Assembly (NCBI GenBank): GCA_951406725.2
Contig: OX597819.1
Location: 21,948,001 to 22,012,000 of the forward strand
Source: Octopus vulgaris
Lineage: Eukaryota
Direction of reading: 5' to 3'
DNA: 64,000 bases
A program made the translations under genes and the position numbers. This document shows positions 13,441 to 26,699 of the stretch, one piece after another. Position 1 is the first letter of the stretch; every line of letters begins with the position of its first letter. The notes under the pieces were generated by a model. The model saw only the letters and a program-made list of their open reading frames with translations. It was not told the origin of the DNA and searched no databases.

Positions 13441-14569
13441 TTATATATACTCAGAGCATAACTGCGCTCCTGTGTCTAAAATAAGTAAAAGGTAATATGT
13501 GTATGTGTGTGCGCGTGCATGTGTATGTGTGTGCGCGTGCGTGTGTATGTATATGAATTTATAAATACATGTGTATATGACATAAATCTGTGCTTATGTG
13601 TGTATGCGTATCTGTTTGAATGTATATGTTTGTGTGTGTGTATTATTAGATGCTCTACAGGCAGGATAAAAATAGATACAACATAAATTTTGTGAATATA
13701 AATACCTTACGAATATATATTCTTACATGTTATTGTGAAGTGTTGACACCGTGGTTATAGCACAGGTTTTGCTTTTTTTTTTTGTGGACAGAAAATAGGG
13801 TTGTAATCCCTGGTGAAGATCGATTATGAATTGAAACGAATAAAATCAATCAATTTTGTCTATCTACGGCGAGAAAATTTCCATGTTTAACTCTAGTGAA
13901 ACCAAAGTTGTGTCATTATTAAAATAACACGCCTCTAATTTTGTTTTGGATCAATATTTATAGAATCTAGGTGTGGAAATCGATGGAAATCTACGTGAGG
14001 AAAATGTCACTAGCCAAACTGGTCCAACCAGTGTTGGCATGTCCAGACACTTACAGCTTCATTTCCATAGAAACAATGAATATTTCTTGCCGACTCCATT
14101 GCTAAAGAGCTCCAATTGAAATCACATGGCACGCAGTTTCTAATATGAGTCTGTTCAAACTCATTTTAAAAGGACGTAATCTGTACTAATTTCGCCAGTA
14201 TAGTGTAAAGTAATCTGAAAAGAAGGAAAAAAATATTAGGAAGTAAACATTAATGTTTATTTTATCGTAATTATTGAAAAAATATCGTTTGAGTGATCAT
14301 GTCAAAATTCCGCCATGGCTTTCTTTGCTAATAAAAAGAACCATCTCTGAGTGGTAGATTGGTGCACATGTATAAATGTTAGACTAGATGCCTTTCGGTA
14401 TTTACTCCGGCTCTTAGTGCTCTGAATTTAAATCGCACCGTCCTCAAATTTGCTTGTCATCATCCTAGGGTCGCTAATAAAGTATGAATTCAGAACGGTA
14501 GATTGTATGAACGTTAGACTAGATGCCAGCTCTTCGCGCTCTAGGTTCAAATCTTACTATGACCTACCT

Positions 14570-15717
14570 CTTTGGGTGCTAAACGCGATTTCTGCAGCAT
14601 GTACAGCATTGGGCCTTACAATCAACTTGAAAATAACTGTTTTAATGTACTAGCCTGCTCCCTCTAAGCTTTATGTGGAACCTTCTATGACTGAGAATGA
14701 TCAAAGGTTGGAAGTTGTAAATAAATTCATTTATTTGCAAAGTACTTTGAGCCCTGCTGGGCTCGATGATGAAATTTCACCTAGAATCAGCAATGCTAAT
14801 CGTGCCTTTGGTAGGCTTGACAGGCGTCACTGATCACGCTATACCAAATTGAATTTAGGGTTTATAACACATGCATCCTCTCATCTTTACTATATGGAAG
14901 TGAGGTATAAGTTGTTTATCGTAGGAATTTAAGGCATTTGGAACGATATCATCAATATTGTCTTAGGAAAATTCTTGGAATAAGTTGGAAAATAGCCATC
15001 AGGGATGTGGAGGTACTCGAGAGAAGTGGTAGTAGAAGTGTAGAATCAATAATTCTGCAAAGTCGTCTCAGGTGGGGTGGGCATCCGGTAAGAATGTATG
15101 GTGAAAGACTTCCCAACCATCTTTTGTATGATGAACTGGAAGATGGTAGGAGACCATCACATAAACCCAGAATGAGATTTAAGGAGTGTCTCAGGCAGGA
15201 GTTTCAGTTGTTGGTTGGGAGAGGCGGGCACAAGACCGAGATGGATGGATGAAGAGAGCGCACAGTGGTTGTTCGAGGTTTGAAAAGGGGGGGATTGAAG
15301 TACGAGAAGATTAGGAGAAGGCTTAGAAGGAATGAATCTATGGAAAATGAGGGAGTGTTACTTTTTTGTGTGTGTGGTTTATGGGAGGAGGGGATCGAGT
15401 CGTGCGGGCCTGGTCAGCCATCAGAGAATTCACAGGAATCAACCCATGGTAAATTGTGTAAAATTCACAACAGAACATGTGAAACCTGGGGAATGGTGTG
15501 CTTCCCACCTGGAGAATTGAAAGGGCATTTCAAAAGGGTTCATACTGTGGCACCTGTTCCTTCTGCCAGCCAGAAGAGATGTGCATTGTGCAATAAAATG
15601 TGCAAATCTTACGCTGGGATCATGAATCATACAAGAATCTCACATTGCAACATCAATGACTCATTTCAGTAATTCTTTCTAGCAATGGCTTTGCTCGTAT
15701 ACGAGAAAGCAGCTACG
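14570..15717 (+). mobile_element. 5'-truncated RTE-clade LINE 3' end with three C2H2 zinc-finger motifs, ending in (TA)n
   Basis: LGLTINLK, FIYLQSTLS, RISNANRAFGRL, LLYGSE, ERYHQYCLRKILGISW, RLRWGGHPVRM...RLP..LLY.EL..GRR; zinc fingers at 15365-15645; (TA)n at 15718-15763. Confidence 0.88.
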
Positions 15718-15765
<48 letters not shown>

Positions 15766-15889
15766 TAGAGCGTAAATAGAGAAAGATACAAGGATGTAAA
15801 CAAGATAATTGAATGCATTCATGCGTAAATATACAGCTTAAATAAAATTGTGTTCGTGTGTGATGGTGTTTTTCTTTGCGTATCTGTGT

Positions 15890-15934
<45 letters not shown>

Positions 15935-16516
15935 TGTGTGTGTATGTGTGTGTATGTGTGTGTGTGTGTGTGTTGTATGATTTATAACACGTAATTATGT
16001 CAAGTAAAGATGGTGAATGACACAATGTCTGTTTGGTTGTTATTAATTGAAGGGATATTAGTTACGGTGGGAAGGGTAGTAAAGGCAGGGGAGAGGAGGG
16101 ATGAGAGGAGAGTAGGAGGGAGAAGGGTAGAAAAGCATGGGGGAGGAGGAAGAAGTGAAAGAAGATCGGTAAGAATCATAACAGAGCAGGGACGATGGTA
16201 AAGACAAGGACGAAGACAACAACAGCAACGAGAGAGAGAGAGAGAGGGGAGAGAAAGGAAGAGAGAGAGGGAGAGGGAGAGACGTAGAGAATATGAACAA
16301 ACGGAAGGGGAAAAGGTAGAAGGAGAAAAGGAACAAATAATAATCGGATCTAATTTCTTTCCTTTATTGAAGAGAAGAGCCTAAAACATGAAATACAAAC
16401 GTGTTTTACGAAAAGCGTATAAAAACACGAAGAAAAATATATTCACACACACTCAAACTCTCACTCGCTCGTGCATTGAAATGTTTGTGCGTGTGTGTAT
16501 GTGTGTGTGCATACGA

Positions 16517-16563
<47 letters not shown>

Positions 16564-16599
16564 TGTGTGTAACAGTGTGTATATAGATGGATCTCTTCT

Positions 16600-18640
16600 G
16601 TTTTTAGTTATATTCTTCCTCTGAGAAAGGAGCTGATTTCTAACAATGTTCCACCATTGGAATAAAGAGAACGAAAACAGCTACACATTTTAAACTTGAG
16701 AAATGTCTTGAATATATTTACTGTTCCACTCACAGAATGTATATGTAATATACGAGTTAGTTGGTAAATTTCTTTTTCTGGAAATCCAGGCTTATTCAGA
16801 CTGTCGGTTAGGCATTTACTCACAAAATCCTGTGAACCAATTATTTTTGGTTTAAATGCAAATTTGTAATTTGGATACAGAAGCTGGAGGATTCGAAGTA
16901 ACTGTCCGTAGTTATCTTCTTTCTCTTTGATTTTCAAAAAGATATTCACATCATCAAGACATGGTAGTCGATATATTTTCGTGTCTGTCCCAAACAATAA
17001 TATCCGTCCTGTTACTTATATACTTGACAGATGTTTTGATGGGATTGTTCCAGCTATCCTTCTTGTGTAGATGTTTGTGTACGTATTTAATAACAGAGAC
17101 ATTCTCTGTATTTATGCCTGGACAATGTTTTTTTCGGATGGTAATTGTACAAAGTGAAGGCGCGTGGCTCAGTGGTTAGAGCGTCGAGCTTACGATCGTG
17201 AGGTTGTGAGCTCGAATCCCGGACCGGGCTGCGTGTTGTGTTCTTGAGCAAGACACTTTATTTCACGTTGCTCCAGTTCACTCAGCTGTAGAAATGAGTT
17301 GCGACGTCACAGGTGCCAAGCTGTTTCGGCCCTTGCCTTTCCCTTGGACAACATCGTTGACGTGGAGAGGGGAGACCGGTATGCATGGGCGACTGCTGGT
17401 CTTCCATAAAACAACCTTGCCCAGACTTGTGCCTCAGAGGGTAACTCTCTAGGTGCAAACCCATGGTCAGTGTCTGACCGAAGGGGGTCAAAAAAAAATT
17501 GTACATTGTGTTTTTGCAACAACGTCTTTGGTAGCTCTGCATTTTCTTCTACAACCTTTTTTGTTCCTTTCTTAAAATGTCATTATCATCACGAAATTTG
17601 TATATTTCTACAGCAACCTCCTGGTAGTAACTTCCACATTAATGAAAGCAAGAAATGCACTTGTTATCACAAGCATTTTCTTTCGATACACCCTTGAAGC
17701 ACAAAACGTCTGTTCTTTGATCAACCATCTTGGAATTTCTGCTCCATCGAGCATTAAATTTCCCTACAATTAATTCATAGCACCTACTGATTGTTTATAT
17801 CCAAAATCCACGTGCACCATCAGGTCCTACTGCTTTCCAATTGCTCATATTTTGCTCATATTTCTGATACAGTCGTCCGTAAAGGCAATAGCTTCTTTCT
17901 GGGGATAAGAAGCTGTTTTCTTCAGACTGTAGAGCCATTCAGCTCCAGTAATATACTGTTCTTGCTTCGCACGGTACATCATCATTAATTTCTTGATAAA
18001 ATTATTTTTGGTCGATTCTAAAGGATAATTTTTGCCGGAATTGTTTGATCCGTTGCTCAAACTTAGCTAGTTTTGCTATCTTGGCAAGTATGAGCTGCTT
18101 CAACTCTTCCAAGACATAATTCAGTCCTTATGTTCCAATACCATCGTTCTTCAATTCTTCAAATTAAGATCATTCTTCAATTCCTCATTCCTGTTGCTGT
18201 CGAGTATTGACACTACAATGTTCAGAGAGCTTATAGCTTCTGATATTATTCCTTTCCACGAAGGTTGTTTATTTCCTTTTCTTTCCGTCAATGTTCCATT
18301 CTCATTGGTCTTTAGTCCCATCCTTTCTGCAACAGTCCTACTTGCAGTTTTGATGAGTTTATGTTTGTGAAATGTTCCTTATTTCAAAAGTGTTTTCATA
18401 CATTGTTGACTTAATATGTTTTTTGATTCAATCTGCTTTGGTCAGCCTTCTTGAAGTCGCATAAATTACTTCTGTATTTAATAGATCCCAAGCCTTGTTT
18501 ATTATCATCTGATCAACGTTTAATTGTTTTCTGCTCTCTAGTTTTTCACAACTCACACCAGCATATTCTTGTGTGCAAGTGTCCATTTCTTCGACATTTA
18601 CTAACCTACTAAGCGTCAAAGTGCATTCGTAGATCACGTT
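16600..18640 (-). mobile_element. R4/Dong-like non-LTR retrotransposon relics (restriction-like endonuclease, RLE), interrupted by a SINE
   Basis: ORF 16608-16997 contains DVNIFLKIKEKEDNYGQLLRILQLLYPNYKF..IIG. The same family occurs at 25720 and 46030. The part beyond 17506 is much more decayed and its boundary is approximate. Confidence 0.7.
17152..17496 (+). mobile_element. Full-length tRNA-derived SINE (family C, CORE-like domain)
   Basis: GGCGCGTGGCTCAGTGGTTAGAGCG A-box, GCTCGAATCCC B-box, GTGTTCTTGAGCAAGACACTTT core, A tail, and a 9-bp TSD AATTGTACA at 17143-17151 and 17497-17505. Confidence 0.92.
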
Positions 18641-19167
18641 TGCTGACATGGAGCTGGTAGCATCATGGGGGCTTTTTGGAAAATATTCCCTGACCGATAA
18701 CCAGGCATTTACACTCAGTGATGCGGTACAGTTCATCTCAGGATAGAATCAAACGTAAACCGTCATATGTAGATCATACTTACACATAATATCAAGGGAT
18801 ATTTTAGGGATGAGGGAATTTTCCTGGCAAAATCTCTATAAAACGTAAATGATCTGCAAATCAGAATTGGAACTCTGAGCACAAGTATACACGTGTTATC
18901 CAGCAGACCTTAAAATAATGTTAAATCTCTAATGAGAAATCTGTAGGTATTATATTCTTCTTATAAATTCATATTTATACATGCAATGACTGGGAATATG
19001 AGTAATGTAACTAATTACCTTAGCACTGATCTTGGGAAGCTGGTTCTCACAAAATCAATAAAACAAGGCTGATTAGAAACTAAAAATACAATCCTTTAAT
19101 AAGACCTATGAGAATCTGTGAATGATTCCAGAAGCTAAGTTTCTACTATCTGCATTGTAAATACATA

Positions 19168-19385
19168 TTGGTTTCAAATTTCGGCTCATGGCCAGCATTT
19201 TCGAGGTGGGGGCGCTAATTTGATTACATCAACCCCAGTGCCCAGCTGCTACTTATTTTATCGATTCCAAAAGTACGAATGGCAAAACCGATCTGAAAGC
19301 ATTTGTGCTTGGAATGCAAAGACGGACGAAGTGCCGCTAAGTATTTTGACCGACGACCTAACCAGTCTATAATTTCACCACTTTC
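19168..19385 (-). mobile_element. SINE family A, old decayed monomer
   Basis: TTGGTTTCAAATTTCGG...GATTACATCAACCCCAGTG...TATCGA...CCGCTAAGTATTTT matches the family A reverse complement. Confidence 0.7.
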
Positions 19386-19652
19386 CGTTGAGCTAAATAT
19401 CAGTAATATGTATGTAGAATGTGCATTATAGATATATATTGGAATATAGGTATATGGATGTATGTGTGTATATATGCATGTGTTTGTGCCTGCAGGTAAG
19501 TATATATGTATGTTTGTATATGGTATGTACTTATCTACATACATGTACGTATATGTATATATATATACATATATGTGCACATATTGAGGCATGTATACAC
19601 ACACACATACTTACATAGACACACACACACACACACATGTGCATATATATAT

Positions 19653-19883
19653 TTCTTTACTACCCACAAGGGGCTAAACATAGAGGGGACAAACAAGGAC
19701 AGACAAACGGATTAAGTCGATTACATCGACCCCAGTGGGTAATTGGTACTTAATTTATCGACCCCGAAAGGATGAAAGGCAAAGTCGACCTCGGCGGAAT
19801 TTGAACTCACGACGTAACGACAGACGAAATACCGCTAAGCATTTCGCCCGGCGCGCTAACGTTTCTGCCAGCTCGCCGCCTTT
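19653..19883 (-). mobile_element. SINE family A, young left-arm-only copy
   Basis: Near-identical to the left arm of 4673-5064; TSD ACATGTGCATATATATAT at 19635-19652 and 19884-19901. Confidence 0.93.
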
Positions 19884-21130
19884 ACATGTGCATATATATA
19901 TACAGACTCAACAACTTGGCGTTATTCATACAAGGATGTTGGAAACCCTTTTCACGGGATGGTATTTCGCCTCTCAATTACGGCTGACATGGATAACAAT
20001 CACATCAGTCCGAATACCAAAAGTTCTGCCAAAATCTTTGAGCTAGAATAGCGTAATTATTCTTTTCACTTCATTTGATCTTTGCATTTAAATCAAGATT
20101 TGCTCCGGGCTATGAAAAGCTTGTGAATATCTTTCTAATGGATATTAAGAAGCAGCTGAAGAATTACTGAGATGAAGTTTTTCGAATATTAAATTACTTC
20201 ACAGCTAAACAGCTTCGACAACAAGCGTATTTCGTTGCCCTCATAATGGCAGTCACAAGTGGCAGTTCTGATGAGTGGACAACCGAAAATCTATTAAAGA
20301 ATGCAACGATAAAAAGTAAACTAGCATTCGACTTTATCGCATCACCGCTAACTTCAACACTCGTAGTTCACCGTACGATGACTGTTGAATATGTTTTCAG
20401 CTTAAAACAGAAAAAACAATTTTTAAAAGACTGAATCTTTGCAATTTTTGTAAACTTTATACAACAGACAATTTTGACGAGAGAAGGGGAATAATACACC
20501 GCTCTTAAGTTAAATGTCATTGGCGATTTCGCTAGAAAGTGAGTGGAAACGTAGGATAACACGTACTGGACAATCAATACCTGCTTATATACAGCTTCTA
20601 TCACTAAACAACACACATACGATATCTTCAGTGTTCGGAGCAATGATAAGAGATATTGGCAGTGCCTACAGCAATGTATATGAGATCTGGAGTGCCCGTG
20701 ATAATGAAATAACGCGTATGAAATATTAGCTGTGCTCAAATTAATGAAATAATGGATCGTAAACAGCCAAGGCGGATAACATAACTATAAGCGGTGTTGA
20801 TTAATTTCAGGAGTTCAGAAGTTGTCGGGAGTGTGGACTTGTCCCTTTGTCACCATTACTCCCTTGTCCTTTCTGGCCCCGAGCTGTCGTACCTGTCAGA
20901 CCCCCAACTATGGGTAAATAGCAGATAATAATCTTATACTCAATACATACAGGATGCAGAGAATTTCTAGTCCCTAGATTTATACCACAAACAGCTTGGC
21001 AGAATGAGATACTCCAAAAAATGTCAGTTGTTACTAAGGGTGCCGACGTACTTATATTGTTAGAAATAAGACTTCAATTACACTTAATACGGTACAAAGG
21101 GAGCTATGTCGGTACGTTTTTTTTTTTTAA

Positions 21131-21275
21131 ATTATCTCTCTGTTTATTTCCTTGTGATACTTTCTGTTGATGAGTGTAGGCCCGAAACGTAAAAGAGTTT
21201 CTAACCGTCAAACTAATACAACTTGTTGTTCATACACCTATCTCCGTCTTTTGTTTCTCTGTAAATTTCAACTAT
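21131..21275 (+). mobile_element. Non-coding mini-element (Penelope pLTR-like) with a variant minimal hammerhead motif
   Basis: CTTT-CTGTTGAT-GAGT-GTAG-GCCC-GAA-ACGT-A-AAAG at 21160-21195; homologous to 32190-32372 and 41192-41330. Confidence 0.65.
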
Positions 21276-21507
21276 ATTTCTTTATTGCTCACAAGGGACT
21301 AAACATAGAGGGGACAAGCAAGGACAGACATAGGGATTAAGTCGATTACATCGACCCCAGTGCAAAACTGATACTTTATTTATCGACCCCGAAAGAATGA
21401 AAGGCAAAGTCGACCTCGGCCGAATTTGAACTCAGAACGTAACGACGGATGAAATACCGCTAAGCATTTCGTCCGGCGCGCTAACGTGTCTGCCAGGTCG
21501 CCGCCTT
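21276..21507 (-). mobile_element. SINE family A, left-arm-only copy
   Basis: Family A sequence; imperfect TSD AATTTCAACTAT (21264-21275) and AATTTCACCTAT (21508-21519). Confidence 0.92.
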
Positions 21508-23199
21508 AATTTCACCTATCTATATTAAATTATTTAGAAAAACATTTGAAAAATATATATATAATTTACCTGTTATTTTTATAGTAGTATTAGATACGGA
21601 TATACCAAGAATCAAAAATTTATTAAAGAATATTACCTCAAAAGGAATAGAGAGGCCACATTGAATCTAACATAAACATCTAAATCTTAAACACTATAAA
21701 AAATTCTAGTTACATCTAGATTTAAGAGTATCCAGGTGTTATATCCTCTTGAATTCAATCTCTCTCATGTCTTAGGGAACTTTTCAGAATAATATTATTT
21801 TATTTACGTTATTCCCAGAATACAAAGAGCATAACAGAGGGAGCAGCCATTTGCACAGGAACGAGAAGTGAACATTATGTCGGTAAGTATTCTTCGTTCG
21901 TTAATTATTTTACTAAATATTTTTACTAGTTTTATTCAATAAATTTATAACGTAAATAGAGGTTTTTACTAAATAATATTTTAAAATACTATTAACTTAT
22001 TTTTGACAAAAAAAATGGTAATTTATACTTGTATAGATAGGGGTAAATCTTACCCTAAATTATGAATTCCCGTAATGTTTATATAGATCGATTGTAGGAT
22101 TTGATGTGTTTAGCATTTTCTATATATATCGGTATTGTAATTTCAGGTGTTTAAATTTTTTTACTATTTTAAAGTTTCTTAATTTAAAAATTTTTTTTAA
22201 ATATATTTGTAATTCATATTTTTTAAATTATATTTTTATTCATATTCTTATTTCATATGACATAATTTGTATTTTTAACTTTGATCCGTTAATAATAAAA
22301 TCAATAAGATAAATAGCCTGAGAACGCACTGGTGGATTTGTGTATTAGGTATAGCCTTGATAAACATCCCACTAGAAACACGTGTAATGTCGATTAAAAA
22401 TATATTCTTTCCCTACAGACTAATAACAGATAAGTTATCTTTATTTTTCAAATATTCTTTTCAACTGATTTTATTGTATTTTATAGCATGTTTTTTTAAA
22501 TGCTTATATTATTTTATTAGATATAACTTTCTATATGTATTCCATACAATAAGGCTATCCGGAAATAGGAGTTGCGGTTCTATTGGTAAAATCCCGAATA
22601 TGTAATAATATTATAAATGATACTGTGTACATTGCATTAATAAAGTGTAAAATAGTAAATATCCTGAGATCCTGGAATACTTATTCCCTAAAATTTTAAA
22701 AGTTTACCCTGCCACTCATCCCTTACTTTCAAGCAATAGATAATGTGCATATGTTTCCAGATAAATTCTGTAAGCTGTCTGAGTGGTTTTCGTAGTGATT
22801 GCCTAATAGCTATGTAATGATGAGGTATTAGCTTGATTCTACATAACAGTAATCTTCTTTTTAATGTTTAAACGGATCTGTATATCCCTTTTGTCTCATC
22901 TAACTCTGATATCACTTTGTAAACATTAAAATTTTATTTTTATACAACATACACGGTTTTTATTAATGTTTTCCTAAATCCAATTATAGCGCCCAAAGTT
23001 TCATAGTGTACTGAAAATAATGACAAGAGTTAATGTCACCCCTAACCTACCTCTTTATGGGCATTTCCTGCTATCTAATTGACTCCTAAAGTCTTTTTTG
23101 TGGTGAGAGGTACTTGTGTAATCAGGAAATTAAGGAATAAAGGAAACATCTAGTAATACTTATGACCAGTATCCAGCTCTGAGTGTCAACACACAAGGT

Positions 23200-24540
23200 T
23201 CGTTATTCTCAATAAACGGAGGAATTTCAACCGTGTTTCGTGGTCTGCTACCACAACAGCTCCTTTATAGGATCCAGTTAGCTCAAAACATCATCAGGAG
23301 GAACCACGTCCAGTTTTGGCCACTACTCCTCTACTGTTTCGGAGGTGTCTTCTTCTTTTCCTTGGCCTCTTCGATGTGGCGTCAACGAGTGTCCGCCGGC
23401 GACTGACTGATTTGTCAAATGTTTCCCTTTAAATACGTGTACCTGCCGCCAGACTCCAGCAGGCATCCCCAGCAAGTTGTCACGTCACACTGTCTCAACT
23501 TTAACTGACCAATGAAAGCGCGTAGTCACAGCCCACGCATTCTCTAAACGACCGTCACCTGTCATTCAGCGAAGCTAATTCAGTGTCAACTTGTCTCACC
23601 TTCTGATATTATTTTCCGCCGGCATGTTATGACTTTCAAGCCATTTTTGGTCTTCCCGCTTCAGCCATATATAGAAGCTGGCTTTTTCGACCGCCTCATG
23701 TACTCTCATTATTAGCTTTCTCAGCTCCGAGCAAGAAAAACAAATCTTTTGAATAGCGTTGTCATTTTTCTTTCAATGAAGCCCCTAGCCCCCACTGCCA
23801 GGTGGTAATACTCGACAGTCCATACCTGTTCTCTGCACTCTTCGCCTAGTTTTTCGTACCTCTTCTCCTTTCGTTTTTCTGCATTGTCGATGTTCTCTTC
23901 CCAAGGTACTGTCAGTTCTAGCACAATTTCTATTCTCCGTTTTCTGTTCCATAGGACTAAATCTGGTCTTTTTGTCGTTTTTATGAGTGGAAATGTTACT
24001 TGTCTTTCCAAATCCGTGGCCACCTCTCAGTATCCCTTCTATCTTTCGTCTATCTCGTATATTTTATTTGTAGGCCTGTTTTTATATCCTTTTCCCTCCT
24101 TCTGGAAGTATACTTTCCTGCGCTTTTCTACTTTTGGGTACTCTCCCCTATTGTACCTCTCGATCTTCTTCTTGAGTGCTGCGCTTATGACGCCGATGAC
24201 TTGATTATGACGCTATGTATATCTTTCAAGTGCTAGTCTGCAGTTTGACAGAACATGTCTAATCGTCGCTTTCTCTCCGCATCTACACCCATCGGTTGTT
24301 TTTATGTTCCACCGGATTAAGTTTGCCGGTGAGGGTAGAACGTCGAAGGTAGACTTGATCAGGAAGGATGTTATTGCTTGTTCCCAAGCCCAAAGTTCTT
24401 TCCATGATATTCTGCGGCTGATCACGTATTTCTCCCATCGCAGGCACTGTCCCTGTTGACTACATTGCACCAAACGTACATTTCGCTTTTCTCCTTCCTC
24501 CTTTCTCACTTCGTATACCACTGCCTCTTTCATCTCTTTT
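23200..24540 (-). mobile_element. HERO-like (RLE-type) non-LTR retrotransposon 3' end with 3' UTR
   Basis: QQGQCLRWE..ISWKELW..FLIKSTFDVLPSPANL.RW, a CCHC-type knuckle CRCGEKATIRHVLSNC, RHNQV, RPDLVLW..ELTVPWEEN..RK..RY..L and VGARGF. The left boundary is approximate. Confidence 0.85.
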
Positions 24541-25142
24541 ATACAAGCTTCACCACCTCATCCCAGGTTTTCCTGGGTCTACCTCTTCCACAGATTTCCT
24601 CAACTACTAGGGTGTAACACTTTTTCACACAGCTGTCCTCATCCATTCGCAACAACACATGACCATACCAGCGCAGTCGTCTGTCTTGCACACCACATAT
24701 GATGCTTCTTAAGTCCAACTTTTCTCTCAGGGCGCTTACATTCTGTCGTGTATGCACACTGACATTACACATCCAGCGGAGCATATTTGCTTCATTCCTT
24801 GCAAGCTTACACGTCTTCAGCAGTCACCGCCCATGTTTCACTGCCATGTAGCATGGCTGTTCGCACAAATGCGTCATACAATCTACCTTTAACTCTGAGT
24901 GAGAGGCCCTTTGTCATCAGCAGAAGTAGGAACTCTCTGAACTTTACCCAGGTTATTCTTACTCTATCAGCTACACTTTCAGAGCATCTGCCCCTGCTGC
25001 TGACTTGGTCCCCTAGGTAACGGAAGCTACCAACTACTTGTAGTTTTTTTTTCCCTGGAATGTGACAGAAGTTGTTCTCTGCACATTTTCAGTGTTTATT
25101 GGTCTTGAGCATTTGCCACACACAAACACGATCTTCCCAGGT
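24541..25142 (-). mobile_element. RTE-clade LINE fragment
   Basis: FRYLGDQVS, KGRLYDAFVRTAMLHGSETW, MLRWMCNVS..RRLRWYGHV.RM..GRGRPRKTW. Confidence 0.88.
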
Positions 25143-25719
25143 CTTCGTATAAATCGTTGAACATCGCCAAGCCATTTTGGCTCCAAAATGAAAAGAATTT
25201 CATTCGGCGTTCATCATGGTTAAATGCTGTTAAGAAAATTCTGCGTCGTCAACATCAACAATAAAACTTTGCAATCAGTCTTGAAAGTTTCACCAAACCA
25301 GACGAGAATCAGCATAATGGGAAGGCGACAAGAGAAGACGCCATACTTGAATGCTAATACTGGTATAACATGTTGACGTTCCACAGGAAGTTATTAATAT
25401 ATATATATATTTAAAAGAATTATGAAAGATTAGATCATCATTCCAACATCGGCACCAAAGTCATGGCTGTATGAGTGAGAGATTTGCTTTGCAGCCGCTT
25501 GGTTTCGATTTCAATCCAACTTCACAGCGAATAAATGGGTGATTTTTGTTTAAGTTCTTCTTCAGAGTGTTCATGTCGGTTGCGAGCAAAGAAACAAGAC
25601 TTTATGAGTTAAGGGAGTTCCCGGTGTTTGTAAATATGTGGATGAGTTGATATTTTGGTTGAACTGTTGGTGCATACGCCTAAGTGTGTGCATCTTATTC
25701 ACATAAGATTCTCACGTGG

Positions 25720-26245
25720 AGAATTTTTGGAATGTTTTGCAAATCTTGACTGTGCCACTAATAAATTGAATTTGGAAAATCTGTGTCAGTTTCTTTTGCT
25801 CTTTTTTCCGTGAAACCTTGTATTTCTAGGTTTTTGAGCCAATTTTTTGTAACATAACTTAATACACCTCTGATAATAAGTACAAATCACAATTCATAGT
25901 CTGGGTACAAGAGCTGTAAGTCTAGCATTAATTCGCCATAAACGTTCACATCCGCTCGGCAACTGGCCTCCACAGCAGGGGATGTCATTTGTTCCTTCTT
26001 CCACAGAACAATATCCGGTCTGTCGTATTTGCACTGAATTGATGTTTTTATTGGATGTTCCACCAGTGTTCCTTGTTCTTAAAGTGTGAATACCTGCTGT
26101 TTCTGTAATGCCTTTCATGTATATGTCAGGGCAGCCCTTCTTGCGGATAGCACTGTAAATAGTCTTTCTAACTATATTATGCGTCAGGGGCAGATAATAT
26201 CTCGTAGGCATTTTGGAGCAGCTGTTGATGATGTGAGTGTTATCT
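25720..26245 (-). mobile_element. R4/Dong-like RLE LINE 3' fragment
   Basis: THIINSCSKM..RYYLPLTHNIV, RPDIVLW, DVNV..LQLLYPDY and ISGTVKICKTF, read across frameshifts. Confidence 0.75.
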
Positions 26246-26309
26246 TTCCCACTAGTGTGTGTGCAGGTGCGTGTGTGAGTACGTATGTATGTGTGCTTGC
26301 ATGCATATG

Positions 26310-26530
26310 TGCGTGTGCATTTGTGTTTGTCCACCACCACCGCATGACAACCGCTGTTGGCTTATTTACGTCCCCTGTAATAAGCGGTTCGGCAAAAGAG
26401 ACAGATAGAATAATTACCAGGCTTGGAAAATAATAAGTACTGGAGTTGATTTGTTCGGCTATATCCTTGAAGAAGCTGCCCCAACATAGCCACGTTCCAG
26501 TGAGTGAAACAAGCAGAAGATTAAAGACTA
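26310..26530 (+). mobile_element. SINE family B, 3' half, decayed
   Basis: GTGTTTGTCC...TTTACGTCCCC...AGCGGTTCGGCAAAAGAGAC...TGAAACAAG matches family B. Confidence 0.75.
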
Positions 26531-26699
26531 AAGAGATGCTTGTCTAAGCATTATTCATAACATTTGCATAGGCTTGCCAGAACAGTTCCTCTCTGAGTAT
26601 TCGGGTTTTAACAAAGCAGTGACTGATGAGCAGGGATCTGTAAAGATATCTTTCATCTTTTATCGTTTACTTATTTCGCTCAATAGTGTGGCCACCACG

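Noticed and set aside
17157-17230. tRNA gene candidates (also 53530-53599, 57030-57104, 33571-33660)
   Set aside because: A/B boxes run directly into SINE bodies, most with TSDs; these are SINE heads and not stand-alone tRNA genes.
21640-23010. Very decayed minus-strand RT-like traces
   Set aside because: Motifs are too degenerate in very AT-rich sequence to support a call.
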